A stretch of DNA of 54,854 bases. Source: a virus. Taxonomy: Duplodnaviria > Caudoviricetes. The DNA is taken from positions 1-54,854 of the IMG/VR virus record IMGVR_UViG_3300048066_000293. One strand, 5' to 3'. The notes beneath the pieces were generated by a model. The model made no database searches, was not told the origin of the DNA, and saw only the letters and a list, made by a program, of their open reading frames with translations. Both the position numbers and the translations under genes were made by a program. This document shows, one piece after another, positions 26,814 through 35,647 of this stretch. Each line of letters begins with the position of its first letter. The stretch's first letter is position 1.

Positions 26814-27985
26814 GATGGTCAGAGTTTAAAGTATTAAAAGAAACCTGGTTCTGTCAAAAGTGTTACACCGAGCCTTGCATCTGCAAGGACAAAGACAGAG
26901 ACACAGGTAATCAACTCACAGAAGCTAAGGTAGGTAGAGAATATCAACACCTAGAGGATCTTGTATTTGTTAAAGGTTCAGCTGGAGCATTAGAAGCTGC
27001 TGACATCTTAGAAAAGATGGGCAGTGACTCAGGCGATATCGCAATCAAATGGGACGGCAACCCTACTATCTATTGGGGGCGCGAGCCAGATGGAGAGTTT
27101 GTACTTGTTGGCAAGAACGGCTGGGGCCGTAATAAATCAACAAGCGCAGAGAATCTTATGAATTTTATTAGAAGCTCAGGCAAAGGTGTAGAAGAAGAGC
27201 CTTGGCGCGAAGACTTTAGTGAAGAGATGGCAGAAGTTTTTAACATAATGAAAGCAGCTACACCTCCAAACTTTAGAGGATATGTATACGGTGATTTGTT
27301 ATACAGTCCACGTAAACCCTTTACTGTAACTAAAGGTGCAGTAGAGTTTGAACCCAACAATGTCAAATACACAGTAGATACAAAGGGCCAACTCGGTGGA
27401 CGCATAGCGAATTCAAAAGTTGGTGTAGTAGTTCACACAAAATTTGACAGTTGGGGGAGCAAACAAGGCACTCCTATTAAGGATGTAAAAGAACTTAACT
27501 CGCAAGATGCAGTGGTGTTAGGACAAACTTATGTTACACACCAACCAAAAGTAGATACAAAAGAAGTAAAAAGTATTAGAGCCTACGCAGAAAAAAATGC
27601 ACAAGCAATTGATCAATTCTTAGCAGGTGAAAAAGGTTTAAGTAATCCTGCAGGAATTATATATACATATATGAATCACATGACTCGAACACAACAAATA
27701 AAAAATATAGAGTCAGGCTTTTTTGATTGGCTCAAAACATCAAAAGTAAGTCAAGGACAGCAGCAAAGATTAGCAGCAATGAGTCAAAGTAATCCTAAAG
27801 CACTACCTGCTATTTTTAATCTTGTAAAACAAATTATGTCTGCTAAAGATCATATCATAGATCAATTAGACGATGCTGATGCAGACGTTAAGGCAACAAC
27901 AAAAGGCGAGAAGGGTGGCGAAGGTTACGTGGCTCTTGGAAGTAAAACTAAACTAGTACCACGTACTAGATGGCAACCAAATTAA
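26810..27985 (+). CDS. ATP-dependent ligase-fold protein (DUF6267-like, RNA-ligase-like)
   Basis: HLEDLV, motif I KWDG, YGDLLY, EGYV, KLV.R. Confidence 0.7.
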   Translation: MRWSEFKVLKETWFCQKCYTEPCICKDKDRDTGNQLTEAKVGREYQHLEDLVFVKGSAGALEAADILEKMGSDSGDIAIKWDGNPTIYWGREPDGEFVLVGKNGWGRNKSTSAENLMNFIRSSGKGVEEEPWREDFSEEMAEVFNIMKAATPPNFRGYVYGDLLYSPRKPFTVTKGAVEFEPNNVKYTVDTKGQLGGRIANSKVGVVVHTKFDSWGSKQGTPIKDVKELNSQDAVVLGQTYVTHQPKVDTKEVKSIRAYAEKNAQAIDQFLAGEKGLSNPAGIIYTYMNHMTRTQQIKNIESGFFDWLKTSKVSQGQQQRLAAMSQSNPKALPAIFNLVKQIMSAKDHIIDQLDDADADVKATTKGEKGGEGYVALGSKTKLVPRTRWQPN

Positions 27986-28006
27986 AAACAACCAAAGGAA
28001 ATAGAT

Positions 28007-28414
28007 ATGAAGATCAATGAAGTAACAGAAGGTCCAAGAAGTTCAATTTACGACCCTAATGCAGAAAAGTTAGCCGGCGTTCGTAGACTTGGACAACAGA
28101 TTACAAACGCACTAGAACCAAAGTCTGGTGTAAAATGGCCAGATGATGAAGTATGGAACAAAGCAAGTATGCTAGGAACTATGCTATCTGAATTACCAGA
28201 TGGACAAGCAAAGACTCCAGGTGAAGCTCTTAAGAAAGCCGGTGTATCTAAAGATGAATTAGATGACATTATGGCTAAAGCTAAACAAGCCCGTAAAGTT
28301 GCTATGCCCGACCCTGAACCGTCAGCAGATCCAGAAGATGATGACGAGTTAGATGACAAAGGTCCAAGCGATGACGAGATTGATCGCGATGCAAAAATGT
28401 ATGCTAAAGGCTAA
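28007..28414 (+). CDS. Putative internal head protein
   Basis: MKINEVTE-G N-terminus; acidic tail. Confidence 0.7.
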   Translation: MKINEVTEGPRSSIYDPNAEKLAGVRRLGQQITNALEPKSGVKWPDDEVWNKASMLGTMLSELPDGQAKTPGEALKKAGVSKDELDDIMAKAKQARKVAMPDPEPSADPEDDDELDDKGPSDDEIDRDAKMYAKG

Positions 28415-28416
28415 TA

Positions 28417-29358
28417 ATGTCTGAAAAGTATACAGCAGCACAGTGGGCAGAGATTGAAGGTGGTCATGAAATGACTCCCGACTCTGAAGTTGCATTTTCT
28501 TTCTTAAAAGACTTGCACGAGTCACGCATGACCAAAGACAATGGCAGCTCACAACGTCTAACGTATACTGACTGTGGCGAACGTATGTACCTTATGCTTT
28601 TAGTATTTGAAACAATGCGCAACTATCCAGACTTTAAAGGATATGTACAACGATACGCAAAGAAAACTATTGGCTTTGATCTTTATAAATTTTATCGTAT
28701 AATGGGCACTGACCTATATAACTTTATCTATTTCCTAGTAGGGGATGATAGTGCTCAAGATAAACTTAAAGATCCGGACAAGGCTAAACTTCTTAAGAAG
28801 AATACTAAGCTACCAATTGCAGCTATTAATAGATACCTTCGGGCATTAGCGCAAGGAGCTAATCCTATAACTCCTGGAAAGATGTTAATGGCAATCGAAG
28901 GCGCACTTAACATATCTAATACAGATTACAAAGCAATACGTAGGAATATAGCTAACTTTCCTCGTTTAACTAAAGCAGAAAAGCGTCTAGTATCAACACG
29001 TTTAATATTTGCTGTTAGGGCTAAACTAAGAAACTCAGATATAATTGAAGACTTTGAAAAGTTTGCAGCAGTTAAAGACCTAGAGAAAGCAAGTGTTATA
29101 GATCCAGAACCAACTGTATCTACACCTGATATTGCAACTACAGGTGATGAATTAGCACTATATCGTTATCTAGTTGGCACAGGTAATTTAGCATTGACTA
29201 AGAAGTTTTTAGAGCAAGCTAAGAACAATAAAGCAGCATCTGCAAGCATGATTCAAGCATACATGCCAGCAATTAAAGCAATAGATGACATTGTACAAGG
29301 CGGCCCTGCGTTTGTACAACAGCTAAGAGCCCTTCAACAACGAGCTAAAAAACGCTAA
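28417..29358 (+). CDS. Hypothetical protein, probably virion
   Basis: 313-aa helical ORF in the late operon. Confidence 0.75.
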   Translation: MSEKYTAAQWAEIEGGHEMTPDSEVAFSFLKDLHESRMTKDNGSSQRLTYTDCGERMYLMLLVFETMRNYPDFKGYVQRYAKKTIGFDLYKFYRIMGTDLYNFIYFLVGDDSAQDKLKDPDKAKLLKKNTKLPIAAINRYLRALAQGANPITPGKMLMAIEGALNISNTDYKAIRRNIANFPRLTKAEKRLVSTRLIFAVRAKLRNSDIIEDFEKFAAVKDLEKASVIDPEPTVSTPDIATTGDELALYRYLVGTGNLALTKKFLEQAKNNKAASASMIQAYMPAIKAIDDIVQGGPAFVQQLRALQQRAKKR

Positions 29359-29447
29359 TATAACCACAAAAATCTCCTAAATTGATAAATACTTTATACA
29401 AGTTAGAAGAGGTCTAACTTGCCATTAGAGAATCTAGGAGAAATAAA

Positions 29448-29762
29448 ATGGCAGCAGTAACTAAAGTAAACGGCGTAAATGTAATCGAAGGTAACGGACT
29501 AGGTCCAGTAACACGTATTATCTCGCTTTCAAAAACAGCAATCACAACAACAGCAATTGCAGATCTTAACGCAGTAGTAGAAGCAATGACAGCTGGCGGC
29601 GTTGCAGGTACAGACGATGCAGTAACAATTGCAGGCGTTGATCACACATCAGCAGACGTTGCACACGTTGCAGTACAAGGCACAGGCGTATTAACACCTG
29701 GCGCAGCATACCGCGGTGTAACAGGCGTAACAGCAGCATTAGTAGCAACGTTTGAAGACTAA
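29448..29762 (+). CDS. Small Ala/Val/Thr-rich structural (decoration-like) protein
   Basis: Strong AGGAG SD; GCA/GTA/ACA codon bias; own TAAATA promoter and terminator. Confidence 0.75.
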   Translation: MAAVTKVNGVNVIEGNGLGPVTRIISLSKTAITTTAIADLNAVVEAMTAGGVAGTDDAVTIAGVDHTSADVAHVAVQGTGVLTPGAAYRGVTGVTAALVATFED

Positions 29763-29807
29763 ATCCTAACTACCTTAGGTATCGTGAAACGCGGACAGGC
29801 GTCACAC

Positions 29808-29839
29808 AAAGAGCTCACATTTATGTGGGCTCTTTTTTT
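29808..29839 (+). terminator. Intrinsic terminator
   Basis: AAAGAGCTCACA-TTTA-TGTGGGCTC followed by T7. Confidence 0.85.
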
Positions 29840-29856
29840 ATGACCATAAGTATAGT

Positions 29857-30252
29857 ATGCGCTTTATAATACATACTCTAGTTGACATAACAGAAACCAA
29901 TAGTCGTCGCGGCGAAGATCTAATAAAGCATAGACAACAACAGAACTATCTTACAGTTATGCAAACTATTGGATTGAGGGTTAACCCAACATATGTTATG
30001 CCACCGGAAACTATTAAAGAAATACCTTCTAAATTAGGACTAGGCAAAGTATATAAAACAAAACAAACTGTATGGAAATATACGTTTGATGTAGAGTATG
30101 AAGCAGCATTAGATATAGAAACACTTGAAAACGACTTTGATCTAATACCTATTATTGGAGGATTACAAGAAAGTGTTGTTTTAGAAATACCTCATTTTAT
30201 TACCAAAAATCCTGACAAAAACAATATTAATTTTATTATATCGGATAAATAA
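29857..30252 (+). CDS. Hypothetical protein
   Basis: TLVDITET...RQQQN; TAAGTA 4 nt upstream. Confidence 0.8.
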   Translation: MRFIIHTLVDITETNSRRGEDLIKHRQQQNYLTVMQTIGLRVNPTYVMPPETIKEIPSKLGLGKVYKTKQTVWKYTFDVEYEAALDIETLENDFDLIPIIGGLQESVVLEIPHFITKNPDKNNINFIISDK

Positions 30253-30350
30253 AACTGTAACAGAAATAATAATACACTTTTTAGGCATTCAAACTAACAC
30301 ATTATAAAAGGCCAACTACGAGTTTACTTTAACCATACATGGAGTTATGA

Positions 30351-30590
30351 ATGCCAACAGCACCGACAACAGATTTAGAAAAAACAAGCCTTGAAGCACA
30401 CGTTGATCTGTGCGCCTTACGTTACGCTAACCTCGACAACCGACTATCTACAGTCGAAGGTACCCTCAAAGAAATACATCAAGACATCAAAGTTGGACAA
30501 ACATCAGTTACTAAAGTACTAGTAGGTACAGCAGGAACAGTTGTTGCAGGATTACTATCCACAGTAGTTGTCATATTAATGAAATTCTAA
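30351..30590 (+). CDS. Coiled-coil plus C-terminal TM protein (holin/XhlA-like architecture)
   Basis: LEAHVDLCALRY..L..RL..VE followed by a hydrophobic C-terminus. Confidence 0.6.
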   Translation: MPTAPTTDLEKTSLEAHVDLCALRYANLDNRLSTVEGTLKEIHQDIKVGQTSVTKVLVGTAGTVVAGLLSTVVVILMKF

Positions 30591-30612
30591 TCCGCTCACG
30601 ATAAATAACTAT

Positions 30613-30909
30613 ATGTTATTACGTGAGTTTTTTATTGATCAAAATGAACAGGACCTCGATGAAGGTCAAACTTGGGCACGTTCTGGAAAGAAGGTAGTTC
30701 GCAAGTACCGTTGTACTGGCGGCCCACGCAAGAATCGAATTGTATCAAAAATGGCACAATGTTTTGCTGCTCCTGACATAAAGAAAAGAATGACTCTTAA
30801 AAAGACTAAAGCAAGACTAGGCGGAAGAATGGCACGTAAAGCACGTAAAACAAAACGTATTAATCCAGCAAGTAAAAGAGTACAAGCTCTAAATAAAAGG
30901 AGACGCTAA
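30613..30909 (+). CDS. Highly basic putative internal head protein
   Basis: MLLREF...LDE-G leader; RKYRCTGGPRKNRIV. Confidence 0.75.
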   Translation: MLLREFFIDQNEQDLDEGQTWARSGKKVVRKYRCTGGPRKNRIVSKMAQCFAAPDIKKRMTLKKTKARLGGRMARKARKTKRINPASKRVQALNKRRR

Positions 30910-31253
30910 TGCAACTCCGAGAGCTCTTTATTGAAGTGGATGAAGGTGTCGCTACAGTATTTGGCCACGGGTCAAAGAAGACGCCTAAAAGTGGAACAGG
31001 TCATACGTCACGCAAGTACCGTTGTACTAGTGGTCCACGCAAAGGTAGGGTTGTTGCTAAGGCAGCAACCTGCAATGCTCCAATGAATGTTAAGAAGAGC
31101 AATCAATTAAAGAAAACACGTAGATCAAAAGCATCTACTATAGATGTTAAACGTAGTAGAACAACTAGAACAAGTCCTACTACAAATAAATTGAAAAGAT
31201 TAAATACAGGTAGACGTAGGATTAAACCTAGGAAGCGTAGAGGTGCAAGATGA
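30909..31253 (+). CDS. Highly basic putative internal head protein, paralog of 30613-30909
   Basis: MQLREL...VDE-G leader; RKYRCTSGPRKGRVV. Confidence 0.75.
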   Translation: MQLRELFIEVDEGVATVFGHGSKKTPKSGTGHTSRKYRCTSGPRKGRVVAKAATCNAPMNVKKSNQLKKTRRSKASTIDVKRSRTTRTSPTTNKLKRLNTGRRRIKPRKRRGAR

Positions 31254-31504
31254 GAGTAGATGAACTAGTAGGAACTCCAGCAGATCAACAAGGTGCCTCA
31301 GGCGTATCAGGAGGGCAAATGAAACAACAAATGTCAAAAATGAATGCCCAACAAGCAGGCGTAGACAATACTATAGGGCAACCTGATCCAAACTCACCAG
31401 AAGCTAGAAAAGCTGCACAACAACAAAAGAAACAAATTCAAGCACAAATTAAAGCAACACAACAACAGTTGAAACAATTACAATCACAGTTACGAACATT
31501 ATGA
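31250..31504 (+). CDS. Gln-rich coiled-coil protein
   Basis: MRVDEL N-terminus; ATGA coupling. Confidence 0.7.
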   Translation: MRVDELVGTPADQQGASGVSGGQMKQQMSKMNAQQAGVDNTIGQPDPNSPEARKAAQQQKKQIQAQIKATQQQLKQLQSQLRTL

Positions 31505-31716
31505 AGTTAAATGAACTTATAAAAACCTTTGATGTTAAAGTTTACATGACTAATGAAGAACGTGAACTTTTGGAAGCATTAGACGACAGTCGGCCTCGAC
31601 CCCTAACGTCTTTTCCAGAACGCGAGCAAGTCATAATTAATAATCTCATTCGTAAAAGTGTAATAAGTAAAGTTCTATACAACGGATCTGTTATGGTGTT
31701 GCCAAATGTACTCTGA
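31501..31716 (+). CDS. Hypothetical protein
   Basis: MKLNEL N-terminus. Confidence 0.75.
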   Translation: MKLNELIKTFDVKVYMTNEERELLEALDDSRPRPLTSFPEREQVIINNLIRKSVISKVLYNGSVMVLPNVL

Positions 31717-32128
31717 AAAAATAATAAAAGATTTAGATGAGATTGTAAACAAGGGTCTCGAAGACGTTGCCATTCCTTATGCAAAAGGAAATAGTATAAG
31801 AATTAAACACATCGTAATTCGCAAGAGTCGCAATGGGTATTTGATATATAATGCAAAGGATAACGTACAAGTTACACGCACAGTATTTAAATCTACAGCA
31901 ATTGCAATAGCAAAGAACCTTGCAAGTAACAACGATGTACTTGATAAAGTTATAAAGATTGATAATGATATGGCAAAACATTATAATGATGCGGTATTTT
32001 TTAAACATATTATAAAAACAAGCAAAGATCAGTCTAAAATACAAATAAGAGAGAACAGATTAGACATTGCACTTGAAGAATCTTCAAAACTAAGAAACAG
32101 TTTAGATAGATTTATTTTTGGACAATGA
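31706..32128 (+). CDS. Hypothetical protein
   Basis: 140-aa ORF in the operon. Confidence 0.75.
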   Translation: MYSEKIIKDLDEIVNKGLEDVAIPYAKGNSIRIKHIVIRKSRNGYLIYNAKDNVQVTRTVFKSTAIAIAKNLASNNDVLDKVIKIDNDMAKHYNDAVFFKHIIKTSKDQSKIQIRENRLDIALEESSKLRNSLDRFIFGQ

Positions 32129-32168
32129 TAAATATAAGTATATAAAACATTCATCTAGGAAAGAATCA

Positions 32169-32912
32169 ATGAACATTAGAGAATTTAGCAAACCAGTAAC
32201 ATCAAAGACACTCAACGAGAGTCTTGCACAACGCTTTGGCACAAAGATTGATGTCGAGCAGTTTACAACTGAGCAACTACAAGATGCTCGTAATAAAATA
32301 AGAACAACGCTTAGTCAAGTAGAAACTACTGAAAGCTATGACGGCGTTCAGACAAATGAGTATTCAAAAAACAAATTATTCCTAGATGTTTTAAATGCTG
32401 CACTTTCTGAACGTGACGATGTTGCTGTTGCAATTGACGAAGCAATTGAATCTCTTAACGAAGGTGAAGAAGATAAAGCAGAGCTTGTTATGGCAGCAAA
32501 AGATATGGTCGACCGTGTTACTGGTTGGATGGAAGACACAGCTGAAATGCAAACTGAATCAATGTTAGAATTAGCAGATGCTATCCGTGATGAAATGGGT
32601 AGTGAAGCAAGTGAAACATTTACTTCTACAGTTAAGCCTGCGCTTGAAGCAATGTATGCAGCAATGGAAAGCACACGAGGTTCATTAACATCAGGTGTTG
32701 GTCAACTAACAGGCGAAGCTGAGCCAATGGACACAATGGGTGCAGATGATATGGACATGGATATGGACATGGAGCCAACTGACGACATGGACGCTCCTGC
32801 AGATGACATGGACATGGACGACGAATTTGGTGCAGCAGATCCAGCAGCTGGCGGCGAAGAAGAAGCTGGCAGAGAAAAGCGTGAGAGCGTAGACCATTCA
32901 AAAAAAAAGTAA
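32169..32912 (+). CDS. Acidic prohead scaffold/core-like protein (start MNIREF)
   Basis: Several (L/I)xE sites; D/M-rich acidic tail; ends TCA AAA AAA AAG TAA. Confidence 0.7.
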   Translation: MNIREFSKPVTSKTLNESLAQRFGTKIDVEQFTTEQLQDARNKIRTTLSQVETTESYDGVQTNEYSKNKLFLDVLNAALSERDDVAVAIDEAIESLNEGEEDKAELVMAAKDMVDRVTGWMEDTAEMQTESMLELADAIRDEMGSEASETFTSTVKPALEAMYAAMESTRGSLTSGVGQLTGEAEPMDTMGADDMDMDMDMEPTDDMDAPADDMDMDDEFGAADPAAGGEEEAGREKRESVDHSKKK

Positions 32913-33232
32913 ATGAAGGTGTAGATTCAGACTACATTTATCGTTTATTACGTCAACAAAAAGCGGCCGGAGTGGCCGCTTTATCTATGATTAAACTAGA
33001 CAAATTTATGCAGAATCAAGGACGCGGCAGCTTTGACTATGAAACGTTCAAAGCAGCATATGATTCTGATCCAAGACTACAACAACTAGTAACTAACTTT
33101 GATCAAGAAAAGATTGAGTTTAAACAAAGTGAAGTTGATGATGTTGCAGGAGCAGTGCCAGGCAATCCAGGACGTCCAAGCGACACAGTGGGAAATATGG
33201 CCAAAAATGCGGTTGACTTAACAGATCTTTGA
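32909..33232 (+). CDS. -1 frame continuation of the scaffold-like gene (VNEGVDSDY...AVDLTDL)
   Basis: The frame of ORF 32972-33232 is open back through the A9 run, with no start codon before GTG 32972. Confidence 0.6.
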   Translation, partial: VNEGVDSDYIYRLLRQQKAAGVAALSMIKLDKFMQNQGRGSFDYETFKAAYDSDPRLQQLVTNFDQEKIEFKQSEVDDVAGAVPGNPGRPSDTVGNMAKNAVDLTDL

Positions 33233-33247
33233 TGTTATACTTGTTGT

Positions 33248-33931
33248 ATGAGCTTAATTATAGAGAAGTACAAATACGAACGACTAAAACGTGTTGAAGT
33301 AGATGGCAAGCGCCGTTATGCAGCACCAGGTCACCCTCCAGTAGCAAGTGTTACAACTATCCTCAGCGGAACCAAAGACATGAGTCATCTCATTGCTTGG
33401 AAGAAGCGTGTAGGTGAAAAGAAAGCACAAGAGATTGTTACTGAAGCAAGTGGCGTTGGTACACGTATGCACAAGTATCTTGAAGACTATGTTGATAATG
33501 GTGTATGGACAGAAAGCGCAGGCAGCAATCCATATGCACAGCAAGCATATGAAATGGCATGTGTTATACGTGACGAAGCTATGGGCGATGTAGATGAAAT
33601 CTGGGGCAGTGAAGTTCCACTTTATGTTCCTGGTATCTTTGCAGGCACAACTGACTTGGTAGGACAATACAAAGGCAATCCTTGTATTATGGACTTCAAG
33701 CAAACTAACAAGCCTAAGAAGCCTGAATGGGTAGAAGATTATTATCTACAACTTACAGCCTATGCACTAGGACACAACGAAGTACACGGCACAGATATAC
33801 GTGAAGGACATATCTTCATGTGCAGCCGAGACTTACAGTACCAACAGTTTGATCTATGGCCAGACGAGTTCGCAGAGTGGGAACAAGAATGGTGGAATAG
33901 ATGCAGACAGTATTATGAGAAACACGGATAA
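33248..33931 (+). CDS. PD-(D/E)XK exonuclease
   Basis: SVTTILS, GTRMH, SEV.L, AGTTDL, IMDFKQ, QLTAY; sigma70 promoter at 33213/33236. Confidence 0.9.
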   Translation: MSLIIEKYKYERLKRVEVDGKRRYAAPGHPPVASVTTILSGTKDMSHLIAWKKRVGEKKAQEIVTEASGVGTRMHKYLEDYVDNGVWTESAGSNPYAQQAYEMACVIRDEAMGDVDEIWGSEVPLYVPGIFAGTTDLVGQYKGNPCIMDFKQTNKPKKPEWVEDYYLQLTAYALGHNEVHGTDIREGHIFMCSRDLQYQQFDLWPDEFAEWEQEWWNRCRQYYEKHG

Positions 33932-34009
33932 TTAATCCCTAAATAGAAAAATACAGCAGACTTACGGTGGTATCATGTGCTGTGACATAAGCAAGTCAAG
34001 GAGTCTGCT

Positions 34010-35608
34010 ATGTTTATTGATATCTGTAACGCCCTTTTCCTCTACGGAGTTTTATCATCTTGGTGCAGTGTTGAACCTCCAACACATCCAGAGCAAGGTA
34101 CTGTCCTTGGCACATCTTGTAACGGCACAACTTTAGTAGAAGAGATTGCCGACGGTGTAGGCGGCAGCACAACAATGTTATACTTAGAGTCAGAACAATG
34201 TGGTTATATGCCGCCTGTTCCAGAAGCAGGCACACTGCTACGCGAAGGTTGTTCTAAAAGTTATCCTGGTGTCAAATGGTTCCAATATGCTGATGGCGAA
34301 GGCGGAACATATTCTGAAAAGGATAGCCAGTCTGTAGAGTGTGGATGGGAACCGCCAACACTAGTGTTAGAGTTAGAGAAAGCAGAGGGTGACAGGTTTA
34401 AACCTGCTGTGATAAACGTAATCTACACAGACTTTTTAGGACGTGAAGAGCCGTGGGGTATGGTTCATGCTTCAACAACACTAGGACACATAGAACGCAG
34501 AGGCAATGACATACTAGTCTATGGTGCTGGACAAACAGGAGAAGGTATTGTTACAGTTGGACGTGAGGAAATACAGTTTACTATTTTAGAAGAACCTAGA
34601 TGTGGTAAAGCCAGCACTGGCTATGCACCAGATTGTCAAGGCTATGCCTACAGTGGGCCTACACAAGGATATATCTATTATGGCGAAGATGACGATCAAA
34701 TTGTAGAATGGGAACTTGCATACTTTATTTACGATAGCGAGGAATCTTCAGATGAGAATTATCATCAATCACACATTACAGAACTGTTTGAAAAAGGATC
34801 AGCAGAATGGGACAAAGTTCAAAAAACTGTAAACACCTATAACGAAGCGTATGAAAGATCGGGTATACACATACGTTATGTACTCAAGGAAGGCAACGTA
34901 GGCCGTATGCACTATCATGGTAGTGGAGGTCTCAAATCTATTGTTCGAACTCAAACTAATGCAGACGTTGGTATAGGTGTAGGATCTGTATGCCCGAATA
35001 CGTGCGGATGTGCATATGTGAACAGATATTTTCAGGAAAACTCTAACGTAGCTCCTGTGGGTTTATCTAGATGTGGTGCATACACTGACCTACATGAAAT
35101 AGGACACTCAGTAGGATTAGCACATGGTCCTGAGAATCGTGCTTACGCAAACAGTGGATACATTTGGAGTGAGTTTGGTCATGGATGGGAATCGCTGTGT
35201 GGTAGAAGTTTTCCAGATATAATGTCATACGATTCAGGTGAAAGAGGACATCACAATTCTAAACTTACTTGTGGTGAGATGTACGGTGATCTTATACGAG
35301 GAAATGATCCTAGATCATGGGCGCCTTGGGACGATCCAGCAGGATATCGTGACTATGCTGATGCAGCCTATCATCTTAACCGTGTAAGATATGATGTAAG
35401 TCTTATTAACTGCGAGGATAGTAAGTGTGATAATGCACCAAGAGGCAAATTAGAAGAACAAGACTACTACATAGAAGGTGTAGGTGAGCCTCTAGAAATT
35501 ATAGAAGATTATACATATGACTTTGAAGACGGTGAACAACTACAACGGAAAGAACTACAAAGGATAAAAGGTTTTGATCGTTTAAGACAACGCAGACAAC
35601 TTCCTTAA
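34010..35608 (+). CDS. Cys-rich metzincin metalloprotease
   Basis: HEIGHSVGLAH zinc motif; DIMSY Met-turn; hydrophobic N-terminus; two Cys-bracketed repeats. Confidence 0.8.
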   Translation: MFIDICNALFLYGVLSSWCSVEPPTHPEQGTVLGTSCNGTTLVEEIADGVGGSTTMLYLESEQCGYMPPVPEAGTLLREGCSKSYPGVKWFQYADGEGGTYSEKDSQSVECGWEPPTLVLELEKAEGDRFKPAVINVIYTDFLGREEPWGMVHASTTLGHIERRGNDILVYGAGQTGEGIVTVGREEIQFTILEEPRCGKASTGYAPDCQGYAYSGPTQGYIYYGEDDDQIVEWELAYFIYDSEESSDENYHQSHITELFEKGSAEWDKVQKTVNTYNEAYERSGIHIRYVLKEGNVGRMHYHGSGGLKSIVRTQTNADVGIGVGSVCPNTCGCAYVNRYFQENSNVAPVGLSRCGAYTDLHEIGHSVGLAHGPENRAYANSGYIWSEFGHGWESLCGRSFPDIMSYDSGERGHHNSKLTCGEMYGDLIRGNDPRSWAPWDDPAGYRDYADAAYHLNRVRYDVSLINCEDSKCDNAPRGKLEEQDYYIEGVGEPLEIIEDYTYDFEDGEQLQRKELQRIKGFDRLRQRRQLP

Positions 35609-35647
35609 TTGAATAAATACATATAATTACAATGTAGGAGACACTCA

